The notes beneath the pieces were generated by a model, which was not told where the DNA came from, searched no databases, and was given only the letters and a program-made list of their open reading frames with translations. The position numbers and the translations under genes are program-made. Shown in pieces: positions 1 through 8,960 of a stretch of DNA of 64,000 bases. The stretch covers positions 13,054 to 77,053 of the forward strand of contig JBBIRO010000008.1 in assembly GCA_037441775.1 (NCBI GenBank). The letters run 5' to 3'. The stretch is from Syntrophobacterales bacterium (GTDB taxonomy: Bacteria > Desulfobacterota > Syntrophia > Syntrophales > CAMTWB01). Position 1 is the stretch's first letter; each line of letters starts with the position of its first letter.

Positions 1-912
<912 letters not shown>

Positions 913-989
913 AAAATAGGCGGCAGCCTGAACGGCGGCAGGATTTCACGGAGCTCCGAAAGGAAATGAGCTGAAGTTCTTTATCGAAT

Positions 990-1021
990 CCCGGCAGCAA
1001 ATTTCGCTGCCGGGATTTTTG
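990..1021 (+). terminator. Rho-independent terminator downstream of dnaK
   Basis: Perfect 9-bp stem CCCGGCAGC / GCTGCCGGG with a 7-nt loop, followed directly by ATTTTTG. Confidence 0.8.
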
Positions 1022-1078
1022 TAGCAGGTAGTCTTTGCCCGGTTGGTCTATTTAAATCCATGAAGGGAATGTTAAACC

Positions 1079-1840
1079 ATGAAATTTCTCTTAACTAACG
1101 ATGACGGCATCTATGCCCCGGGACTTGGCGCCCTGTACCAGGAACTATCCCAAATCGCCGAATGTTTGATAGTAGCGCCGGAGGTCGAGCAGAGCGCCGT
1201 TGGTCATGCCATTACTATTTTTCGTCCCCTTATGGTCCGCCGCGTGAACAAGAATGGCCAATTCCTAGGATACGCCGTTTCCGGAACGCCGGCGGACTGC
1301 GTCAAGCTGGGGATCAGGGAGATTGCCAAGGGACCGCTTGATCTGGTTGTCTCCGGGATAAATATGGGCGCCAACGTTGGTACCAACGTCATTTACTCCG
1401 GAACGGTTTCCGCTGCCACCGAGGCCGCCATTATGGGGTTGCCGTCGCTTGCGGTTTCCCTAGGCGCTCGCAGGAAAGCGGATTTCTCTTGCGCCGCCCG
1501 TTGGGCGCGCAAAATGGCGGAATTTATTATCGCCGGTAATTTTGACGATGTCATTGCCTTGAATGTCAACGTTCCCAGCCTGCCGGAGAGCGAGATCAAG
1601 GGAGTTCTGGTTACTAGACAGGGAAAGACCAGGCTGATCGAAAACTTCGCCCAACGGGTTGACCCGCGGGACAATACCTACTACTGGCTGGCCGGTGAAA
1701 CCATCTGCCCTCAGGACGAAGGCTTGGATACCGATGCCCAGGCACTAAAAAACGGTTTTGTTTCCGTTACCCCCATTCAGTACGATCTAACCTGCTACAG
1801 CAGGATCGCCGAACTGAAAAACAAGGTGACCTGTATTTAA
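1079..1840 (+). CDS. surE: 5'/3'-nucleotidase SurE
   Basis: N-terminal MKFLLTNDDGIYAPGL signature. GINMGANVGTNVIYSGTVSAATEAAIMGLPSLAVS is typical of SurE. Length 253 aa. Confidence 0.95.
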   Translation: MKFLLTNDDGIYAPGLGALYQELSQIAECLIVAPEVEQSAVGHAITIFRPLMVRRVNKNGQFLGYAVSGTPADCVKLGIREIAKGPLDLVVSGINMGANVGTNVIYSGTVSAATEAAIMGLPSLAVSLGARRKADFSCAARWARKMAEFIIAGNFDDVIALNVNVPSLPESEIKGVLVTRQGKTRLIENFAQRVDPRDNTYYWLAGETICPQDEGLDTDAQALKNGFVSVTPIQYDLTCYSRIAELKNKVTCI

Positions 1841-1879
1841 GTCTTAAAAAAGAAGGCTTTTTACCCAGTTTTCGAAAGC

Positions 1880-2034
1880 TGACGAATTAGCAAAAAAGTC
1901 CGATTTCCCCTCACATTGCGGGAGGCGATAAAGTGGATGGGGCTGAACATTTGAAATGAAGGCTGTTACCTCCATTATCGTAACCTCTCTCCCCTCAAGG
2001 TACAGGGAGCTTGCAACTATTTACTAAGACGTTA
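1880..2034 (+). mobile_element. Diverged copy of the TGAYGG...MITE-like repeat family (copy F)
   Basis: The left end TGACGAATTAGCAAAAAAGTCCGAT resembles TGACGGCTTCGTAAAAAGTCCGGAT of the copy at 40723. The right end CTATTTACTAAGACGTTA resembles CTATTTACGAAAGCGTCA of the copy at 49859. The interior is diverged. Confidence 0.4.
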
Positions 2035-2048
2035 AGTCTGTTTGCCGC

Positions 2049-2711
2049 CTAATCTATTATCTTGCCCTTAAGCCGCCTCAAAAAAGACAGTTTTTCCAGC
2101 TTGGCGGCAAGGTCCACATCTTCCACACATACCCCTTTGGGAGGCTTTACGTGTTTAGGCACAAAGTTCAAAACCGAATGCACTCCATTCTTAGCTAAAC
2201 GGTTGATAATTTCCTGCAGATTATCCGGCCGGCAGGTAAGAATTGCCATATCCGCCTCATAATGAGGTATAACGGATTCCAACTCCCGTATATGATAACA
2301 CCTTCTGCCGGCAAAAACCTTTCCCACCTTTTCCGGATCGATGTCGAGAACTGCGGAAATATGAAAACCGCGTTCCTCAAATCCCCGGTACGATAAAAGC
2401 GCCTGTCCAAGATTCCCCACTCCCACCAAAACGGCGTTCTGAAGGCTATCAGTGCCCAATATTTTGCTGATGGTCTCAATCATCTGGCGAGTAGGGTAGC
2501 CGCTGGAAATACTGCCGAAGCTGCCGAAAGAAGACAAATCCCTTCTGAGCTGAGCCGCGGTTACGCCGACCAGATCGGCAAGCTGATGAGAAAACACATT
2601 CTCAACCCCCACCTGGCTCAGTTCTTCCAAAACCTTACGATAAATGCTCATCCGCTCTATTGTGCGAAGTGCTATTTTCTTTTCATCTTTGATTTTTTTT
2701 ATTTTTTTCAT
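2049..2711 (-). CDS. rex: Redox-sensing transcriptional repressor Rex
   Basis: N-terminal winged-helix region (RTIERMSIYRKVLEEL) plus a Rossmann motif (VLVGVGNLGQALL). Start placed at MKKIKK because AGGAGG lies 7 nt upstream; the longer track ORF adds 9 aa. Confidence 0.85.
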   Translation of the reverse strand: MKKIKKIKDEKKIALRTIERMSIYRKVLEELSQVGVENVFSHQLADLVGVTAAQLRRDLSSFGSFGSISSGYPTRQMIETISKILGTDSLQNAVLVGVGNLGQALLSYRGFEERGFHISAVLDIDPEKVGKVFAGRRCYHIRELESVIPHYEADMAILTCRPDNLQEIINRLAKNGVHSVLNFVPKHVKPPKGVCVEDVDLAAKLEKLSFLRRLKGKIID

Positions 2712-2848
2712 CGTGGCACCTCCTGTTTTATCGTCCACCTTAAAAAACCAATTGAAAAAGAACCCTTGAATCTAAATGGTAAATCAATTAATCTACAATC
2801 AAGATCGTACCCCGGCAGGCAAAACAGACTTTCACTCGCCGAAAGCGC

Positions 2849-3646
2849 ATGGAGCCATTGAGCATGGACGTCAGACTGCGAGCGATCAGAAAAAAATTGC
2901 TGCCCCTGGGGCTGGCAGTACTTAGCCTGATGATCATCGGCTGTTATAAAGCAACCGGGCCGATGCTTGCCACACCACAGGCGCCGGCTGGGAAATTATT
3001 GTCTCCGGTCGGTTTTACCATCCAGGCGGGAGCCTTCCTGCGGGTGGAAAATGCCGCCCGCCTGACCGCCACTTTGCAAAATCAGGGACAGGACGCCACC
3101 TATTTCCAGGATCATTCCGGCCTGTACAAGGTTAGATTCGGCAGCTACAACAATCGTACCGAGGCTGAAAGAGCAGCTCATGCTCTCAAGGGAGAAGGCA
3201 TAATCGACGATTTCATCATTATTGTCCCCGAGGAATCACCGGCTTGGCGCAGCAAAAACCTGGGCACCAACTATCTGCGCGCAGAAATCACCAAAACCGC
3301 TGTTGGTTTTATCGGGATCCCCTACCTTTGGGGTGGCAGCGACATCGATTCCGGTTTCGATTGCAGCGGCCTTACCAAGGCTGTCTATCAGCTAAACGGC
3401 ATCAAGCTGCCCCGCACCTCGCAAGGACAATACGCAAGCGGTCATCCCGTAGACCGGTTAAAGCTTTCTCCGGGGGATCTGCTATTCTTTGCAGTTCAGA
3501 AGCCGGGCGACATTTCCCATGTGGGAATATACATTGGCAACGACCAGTTTGTCCATGCCCCCAGCCAGGGAAAACAAATACGTCTGGACTCGCTTGGTCA
3601 GCCGTATTATCAAAGCAGATTTAAGGGCGCGCGCTCTATTCTATAA
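2849..3646 (+). CDS. Lipoprotein with a SPOR peptidoglycan-binding domain and a C-terminal NlpC/P60 endopeptidase domain
   Basis: Lipobox-like LMIIGC. SPOR-like FTIQAGAF...YKVRFGSYNNRTEAERAA. NlpC/P60 catalytic pattern GFDCSGL...ISHVGIYIGNDQFVHAP. Confidence 0.85.
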   Translation: MEPLSMDVRLRAIRKKLLPLGLAVLSLMIIGCYKATGPMLATPQAPAGKLLSPVGFTIQAGAFLRVENAARLTATLQNQGQDATYFQDHSGLYKVRFGSYNNRTEAERAAHALKGEGIIDDFIIIVPEESPAWRSKNLGTNYLRAEITKTAVGFIGIPYLWGGSDIDSGFDCSGLTKAVYQLNGIKLPRTSQGQYASGHPVDRLKLSPGDLLFFAVQKPGDISHVGIYIGNDQFVHAPSQGKQIRLDSLGQPYYQSRFKGARSIL

Positions 3647-3728
3647 TAGCTATTTGTAAAACGATAGTCAACTGGATATTGCCATTTCACCACAGTTATC
3701 AGGTGCGATATCAGGAAAGGAGGGCGAG

Positions 3729-4928
3729 ATGAAATACCCGAACGCAAAGTTTGAACCGTTCTTCAACTGGTGCAACCGGCCGCGAATTCTCTATGCTCCC
3801 GCTATCCGCAGCGAGGTGGGCTACGAAATGGGTCAGCTGGGCGGCAAAAAAGTGATGATCTTTACCGATCGCGGGGTACGGGAAGCCGGGGTCACCGAAA
3901 TGGTTGTGGCGGCCGCCCGGAAAGGAGGTCTCCAGATAGCCGGCATCTTTGACGCTATCCTCCAGGACGCCCGGATCGACATTATTAACCAGGGGGCCGC
4001 GTTTTATCGCGAGGCCGGAGCCGATTCCATGATTGTCGTCGGCGGGGGCAGCGTGATGGACACCGCCAAGGCGGTGAATATCATGATCGGCCAGGGTGAA
4101 GAGGATTTCCAGCCGCTGGCGGATCAGGCCGGGCTTTATGAGGGCGCCGCACCGCTGCCCCCGCACATCGCCTTCCCCACAACGGCTGGCACCGGTTGCG
4201 AGGTTACCCAGGCGATGGTGGTATTGGATACCAAAGCGCTGATAAAACTATCCGTGACCCACCCATTCTGTAACGCCGATGTCGCCATGCTGGATCCTGA
4301 GTTGACGATCAATCTCCCGGCCAGAATCACCGCTCAGACGGGAATGGACGTTTTGACCCACGCCATTGAAGGGATCTCATCCCGGGGCGCCCAACCCATC
4401 TCCGATGCCCTGGGGCTGCACGCCATACGGCTCGTCTTTACCAATCTTCCAATTGTTATTGAGGAGCCGCAAAATATTGAAGCCCGGGGCAACATATTAA
4501 TCGCCAGCACCATGGCCGCCATGTGCTTCATCAACAGCATGCTCGGCGCGGTTCACGCCACGGCCCATGCTTTGGGCGCCCGCTATGGCATACCTCACGG
4601 CCTGGCCAATGCCGTAATGCTGCCTGCGGTGATGGCCTTCAACAGTGAGGAGATCCCGGAACGCTTCCTGATGATTGCCGACGCGATCGGCATTGATACC
4701 AGACAGCTGCCCCCCATAGAGGCAGCCATCCAGGCGGTGGCGGCCGTAAGCAAACTCAAGCAGGATATCGGCATTACTGAAACTCTGGCGGATCTGGGGG
4801 TGCCGGCGGCGGAGTCGGACTTGCGGGAACTGGCGGAACTGGCGGCCGGCGACGGGCAGATCAGCTATAATCCGAGATACCTGGAAGAAGAGGACATTAT
4901 GAACCTTTACCGGAACGCCCGAAAATGA
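3729..4928 (+). CDS. Iron-containing (group III) alcohol dehydrogenase
   Basis: Fe-ADH architecture with GGGSVMDTAK and a His-rich metal site (HAIEG...AVHATAHALG...HG). 399 aa; GGAAAGGAGGG RBS upstream. Confidence 0.9.
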   Translation: MKYPNAKFEPFFNWCNRPRILYAPAIRSEVGYEMGQLGGKKVMIFTDRGVREAGVTEMVVAAARKGGLQIAGIFDAILQDARIDIINQGAAFYREAGADSMIVVGGGSVMDTAKAVNIMIGQGEEDFQPLADQAGLYEGAAPLPPHIAFPTTAGTGCEVTQAMVVLDTKALIKLSVTHPFCNADVAMLDPELTINLPARITAQTGMDVLTHAIEGISSRGAQPISDALGLHAIRLVFTNLPIVIEEPQNIEARGNILIASTMAAMCFINSMLGAVHATAHALGARYGIPHGLANAVMLPAVMAFNSEEIPERFLMIADAIGIDTRQLPPIEAAIQAVAAVSKLKQDIGITETLADLGVPAAESDLRELAELAAGDGQISYNPRYLEEEDIMNLYRNARK

Positions 4929-4941
4929 AAAGGAGGAACTA

Positions 4942-5364
4942 ATGGAATACTGGAAAGATGAAACGGAACCGATCACGGCCTTCACCAAACTGTTTGAGTC
5001 CGCAGCCCAGGATGCCGAGTTGCATGAAGGATTGAAAAAGGTGAACCAACTCATCTGGTTCGATTATACCGAAGATGGCCCTAACTGTTCCTTCCATGTG
5101 GATTCCCGCGGCGGCATGGAGGTCAAGGTCGCCCCGGGCAAGCCTGCCGAAGAGCCGGACCTGATTATGAGTCTGTCTGCCGACGATGCCCATCGCAGCT
5201 GGTCGAACAGGTTAAACCCTGTCATGGCCATAACCAGACGAAAGATCCGCGTAAAGGGTTCGGCAACCGGTCTTCTGAAACTTGCTCCCAAGTTAAAGAA
5301 AGTGGCCGTGGTCTATGAGCAGGTACTCAAGGACCTGGGCTGGGAAGACAAGATCATAAAATAG
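4942..5364 (+). CDS. SCP2 (sterol-carrier-like) lipid-binding domain protein
   Basis: 140 aa. C-terminal NPVMAITRRKIRVKGSATGLLKL matches the SCP2 pattern (NPmmAfmtGKlkvkGdm..a.kl). It starts 13 nt after the ADH stop. Confidence 0.75.
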   Translation: MEYWKDETEPITAFTKLFESAAQDAELHEGLKKVNQLIWFDYTEDGPNCSFHVDSRGGMEVKVAPGKPAEEPDLIMSLSADDAHRSWSNRLNPVMAITRRKIRVKGSATGLLKLAPKLKKVAVVYEQVLKDLGWEDKIIK

Positions 5365-5397
5365 CGCCGTAAGGCGTTGATCTGAGAGGATGTGCAT

Positions 5398-7287
5398 ATG
5401 AAGGGTAATACGGGGACAGTTATTCTCATCGATCTATCGCAAAAGCGTATCTGGCTGGAAGAGTTGCCAGCAGATTATTACCGAAATTTCATCGGCGGCA
5501 GCGGCCTCGCGGCCAAGATCTTCTGGGAGCGGGGAGATTTCAATGCCGCCCCCCTGGCGCGGGAAGCGATGCTGCTGTTTATGAACGGTCCCCTGGCCGG
5601 TCTTCGTCTGTCCGGGGCCAGTCGCAACAGCGTTGCCGGGCGTTCTCCCCTGACCGGCAATTGGGGTGATTCATCCTGCGGCGGTTACTTCGCCCCGGAA
5701 CTGCGTTATGCCGGCTATGACGGTCTGGTGATTACCGGCCGGGCCGCGGAACCCGCCCTGCTTTTGATTGACGGCGACCGGATCGAAATTCAGGATGCGG
5801 CTGCCTATTGGGGCAAGACGACCAGCGAGGTTAATGCCCTCCTTAAGCAAAGCTACGGACAAGACTATCGTACCCTGACTATTGGCCCGGCCGGAGAAAA
5901 CCTGGTAGCCTACAGCATCATCTTAAACGAAGGCCATCACGCCACCGGCCGAGCCGGGTTCGGCGCGGTCATGGGTTCAAAAAACATCAAGGCCATCCTT
6001 GTTAGGGCCAAGAAAAAGGAGTATCACGCCGCACAGCCGCAAGAGCTGGAGGAACTGAGAAAGGAACTCAACGAAAAAATTAAAAATGCGGTGGCCACCC
6101 AAGTACTGCATGAAAACGGCACGGCCGCAAACCTTATGGGCGGCGTTTACGCAGGCGACGTGCCAATGAAAAACTGGACCTCCAACTTTTGGGAAGAGGC
6201 AGCCGAGGCCCTGACGGGAAGCACGCTTACGGAAAAATACTTGACCAGGAGAGGTTCTTGCGCCTATTGCAGCGTCGCCTGCAAAAGAATAGTGGAGGTA
6301 AAAGAAGGGCCGTACGCCCTGCAGGAGGGACCGGGACCGGAATATGAGACCATCGTCTCCTTCAGCACTCTCATCGGTTCGTTGGATCTGGCCGCCACCT
6401 GCCAGGCCGGCCGGGTATGCAACGATCTGGGAATGGATACGATTTCCGCCGGGGCCACAATCGCCTGGGCGATGGAGGCCTTCGAACGGGGCGATCTCAC
6501 CCTGGATGAAACGGGTGGGATACCGCTAAACTGGGGCGATATGCAGCAGGTGATCTACCGGATACTGCCGCTGATCGCCAGCCGGGAGGGAAAGCTGGGA
6601 GCGCTTTTGGCCGATGGAAGTGTTGCCGCCGCCAACCGGATCGGCAAGAATTCAATCAGCTATACCGTGCACTGCAAGGGCTTGGAAGCACCGATGCACG
6701 ATCCGCGGGGCGGTGGGCACGGCCTGGCCCTCACCTATGCGATAAGTCCCAGGGGGGCCTGTCATGTTGCCGACCCGATGCTGTTTGTAGAAATGGGCGC
6801 CCGGTATTACCCAGAAATCGGTCTTGAATACGAGCTTTCCCCATTAACTGATGAAAATAAGGCAGAGTCGGCAGTCATTTCGATCCCGCTCGGGGCTATC
6901 GAAAACAGCGCCTGCTTCTGCCAGTTCGCCGATGCCGAAATCACAATCCCCGAATGGGTCGCCCTTTTTAATCTGGCGGCGGGCTACGACTGGGATATAA
7001 ACGAGATGATGAAAGCGGGACGACGTGTTTTTTACCTCAAGCGGCTGCTCAACTGGCGCTTTGGGCTTACCGCCCAGGACGACTCTCTGACCCCCCGGAT
7101 GCTGGAGGCGGCCCGGGACGGAGAACCGGCCGGAATTGAAATCAATCTGGACGGGATGAAGGAAAAATTTTACCGGCTCATGGGAATAGACCCGGTGAAA
7201 GGCATCCCGACTAAGGCGATACTTAAGGAACATGATATGAACGACGAGAGCCGGTTGGCTTGGCCTGGACAGGAAGATAAGGATTGA
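5398..7287 (+). CDS. aor: Tungsten-type aldehyde:ferredoxin oxidoreductase (AOR family)
   Basis: AOR N-terminal domain (IGGSGLAAKIFWE, GRAGFGAVMGSKNIKAI) and the C-terminal pterin/FeS domain. Start moved to the ATG 8 nt after GAGAGGA. Confidence 0.9.
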   Translation: MKGNTGTVILIDLSQKRIWLEELPADYYRNFIGGSGLAAKIFWERGDFNAAPLAREAMLLFMNGPLAGLRLSGASRNSVAGRSPLTGNWGDSSCGGYFAPELRYAGYDGLVITGRAAEPALLLIDGDRIEIQDAAAYWGKTTSEVNALLKQSYGQDYRTLTIGPAGENLVAYSIILNEGHHATGRAGFGAVMGSKNIKAILVRAKKKEYHAAQPQELEELRKELNEKIKNAVATQVLHENGTAANLMGGVYAGDVPMKNWTSNFWEEAAEALTGSTLTEKYLTRRGSCAYCSVACKRIVEVKEGPYALQEGPGPEYETIVSFSTLIGSLDLAATCQAGRVCNDLGMDTISAGATIAWAMEAFERGDLTLDETGGIPLNWGDMQQVIYRILPLIASREGKLGALLADGSVAAANRIGKNSISYTVHCKGLEAPMHDPRGGGHGLALTYAISPRGACHVADPMLFVEMGARYYPEIGLEYELSPLTDENKAESAVISIPLGAIENSACFCQFADAEITIPEWVALFNLAAGYDWDINEMMKAGRRVFYLKRLLNWRFGLTAQDDSLTPRMLEAARDGEPAGIEINLDGMKEKFYRLMGIDPVKGIPTKAILKEHDMNDESRLAWPGQEDKD

Positions 7288-7288
7288 A

Positions 7289-8284
7289 ATGCAGGAAAAC
7301 GACACAAAAACAGGTTTTTTTCAACGATTAAAAGAAGGGCTTTCCAAAACAAGAGCCGCCCTCATTGGCAACATTGATCAACTCTTTGCCGGCAAGAAGG
7401 TCATCGATCACGCCCTCCTGGAAGAGATGGAGGAGATTCTCATCATGGCGGATGTCGGCCCCACTTTTGCGCTCGAGCTGATTGAAAAGGTCCGGGAAAA
7501 GGCCTCCCGGAACGAACTTGTCAACCCAGCGGCATTGAAGGAAATATTAAAAGATCACATCCGGGAGATACTTGCTTCCTGTTCATCTCCCCTGGCGATA
7601 CCACGAAACGGCATTTTCACCATCCTGGTGGTAGGGGTAAACGGCGGTGGAAAAACCACTACCATCGGTAAGATCGCCTACAATCTGAAGGACCAGGGCC
7701 TGTCTCCTGTTCTGGTGGCGGCGGATACCTTCCGGGCGGCGGCAATTGAGCAACTTGAGGTGTGGAGCAGCCGGGCGGGAGTTCACCTGGTAAAACAGCA
7801 GGCCCAGGCGGACCCCTCGGCGGTGGTCTTCGATGCCCTCAAATCGGCAGCCGCCATCAAGGCGGACGTCATGCTCATCGATACAGCCGGGCGGTTGCAT
7901 ACCAAAATAAACCTGATGGAAGAGATCAAGAAGGTGAAGAGGATAATGGCGCGGGAGCTTCCCGGAGCTCCTCATGAGGTGCTGCTTGTCCTGGACGCCA
8001 CTTCCGGCCAGAACGCCGTGGCTCAGGCGAAAATGTTTCAGGAAGAAGTAGGGGTGACAGGTCTGGTTTTGACCAAACTTGACAGCACCTCAAAAGGCGG
8101 CGTCATCATAAGAATTGCCCGGGAACTTCAGATTCCCATCCGTTACATTGGGGTTGGCGAGGGATTGGATGATCTAAAAAACTTCGACAGCGAAGATTTT
8201 GTTAACGCCCTCTTCAAAAGTGATGAACTCGTAACAATTCGGTCAAAAGCAAATATTTTGGACGGCTTTGTAAAAAGATCGTGA
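7289..8284 (+). CDS. ftsY: Signal recognition particle receptor FtsY, with an atypical ~20-aa C-terminal tail
   Basis: SRP GTPase motifs GVNGGGKTTT, DTAGR, TKLD. The conserved end ...FVNALF is followed by KSDELVTIRSKANILDGFVKRS, which is encoded by the repeat at 8221-8390. Confidence 0.95.
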   Translation: MQENDTKTGFFQRLKEGLSKTRAALIGNIDQLFAGKKVIDHALLEEMEEILIMADVGPTFALELIEKVREKASRNELVNPAALKEILKDHIREILASCSSPLAIPRNGIFTILVVGVNGGGKTTTIGKIAYNLKDQGLSPVLVAADTFRAAAIEQLEVWSSRAGVHLVKQQAQADPSAVVFDALKSAAAIKADVMLIDTAGRLHTKINLMEEIKKVKRIMARELPGAPHEVLLVLDATSGQNAVAQAKMFQEEVGVTGLVLTKLDSTSKGGVIIRIARELQIPIRYIGVGEGLDDLKNFDSEDFVNALFKSDELVTIRSKANILDGFVKRS

Positions 8285-8390
8285 GGCAAGGCTCTCAAAT
8301 CCGTAAGGAATGAGTGGTACTTCTGGGTGCGCCGTAGTGACTTGGGATTTAGCTTGAATGTAAGCATCCGGACTTTTTACAAAGCCATCA
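8221..8390 (-). mobile_element. MITE-like repeat, full-length copy A (170 bp)
   Basis: On the minus strand it starts TGATGGCTTTGTAAAAAGTCCGGATGCTTA, 27/29 identical to copy C. It has an internal inverted copy of the terminus (CTTTTTACAAAGCCGTC at 8261-8277) and a terminal TTGTTACGAGTTCA. It overlaps the 3' end of ftsY. Confidence 0.7.
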
Positions 8391-8533
8391 TGAATGGCCA
8401 GTTGAACATTTCCCGGGATGATCGTACGCAGGTTGTTGAAGTCCAAGACAATGCCGTTGAAGAGGCGGCCAATCGCCGCTACCTTCTGCGACTGCCGGAG
8501 CTGCTCTTTTAGAAGCTTGTTTTGCTTATCGAA
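8391..8533 (-). pseudogene. Relic of a sensor histidine kinase (dimerisation/H-box segment only)
   Basis: The minus-strand frame reads FDKQNKLLKEQLRQSQKVAAIGRLFNGIVLDFNNLRTIIPGNVQLAIH. This resembles the HisKA H-box (QK.EAIGRLAGGIAHDFNNLL), but Leu replaces the phospho-His. There is no N-terminal part (in-frame TAA at 8534-8536), and the frame runs directly into MITE copy A. Confidence 0.4.
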
Positions 8534-8635
8534 TTATATGAAGCTCTTGAAAGAGGGGATTTTTATACTTTCGTTTCCAAACGAGATTGACAGGCTTAGC
8601 AAACCATGTTACTTGCTCCACCAAGTCAGGCCCAT

Positions 8636-8712
8636 GCCCCCGTAGCTCAGAAGGATAGAGCAACGGATTCCTAATCCGTGTGCCGCGCGTTCGACTCGCG
8701 CCGGGGGTACCA
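8636..8712 (+). tRNA. tRNA-Arg (anticodon CCU), CCA encoded
   Basis: Manual cloverleaf: acceptor GCCCCCG/CGGGGGT (G1-U72), D-stem GCTC/GAGC, anticodon stem ACGGA/TCCGT with loop TTCCTAA, 5-nt variable loop, T-arm GCGCG-TTCGACT-CGCGC, discriminator A plus CCA. Confidence 0.95.
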
Positions 8713-8960
8713 ATAATATCAAAAAATTATCACATGTCAGCTTAGGTCCCTTTTTCTTTATTGGTCATCCCATCTTGCTTTAGTCTTGCTTTTTTATTTT
8801 CTCAGCTCTCAAAATATTGCTTGACAAGTCGTAAAATCTACAGTTACAAAGTAGCTACAATAAAGCTTGCGGAAAATTGCGGAGTGCATTGTCGTTATGA
8901 CGGCAGCAACATAAACAAGCATTGCGGCTGTAGCTGCAAAGATACCTAGAGGGGCTGGAA

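Noticed and set aside
8761-8949. 62-aa Cys-rich ORF (TTG start) in the leader upstream of bamB
   Set aside because: It has only a non-ATG start with no RBS, low-complexity AT-rich codons, and no homology I recognise. The C-terminal CxxxC...CGCSC cluster could be chance. It is kept only as a possible leader peptide, not reported as a gene.
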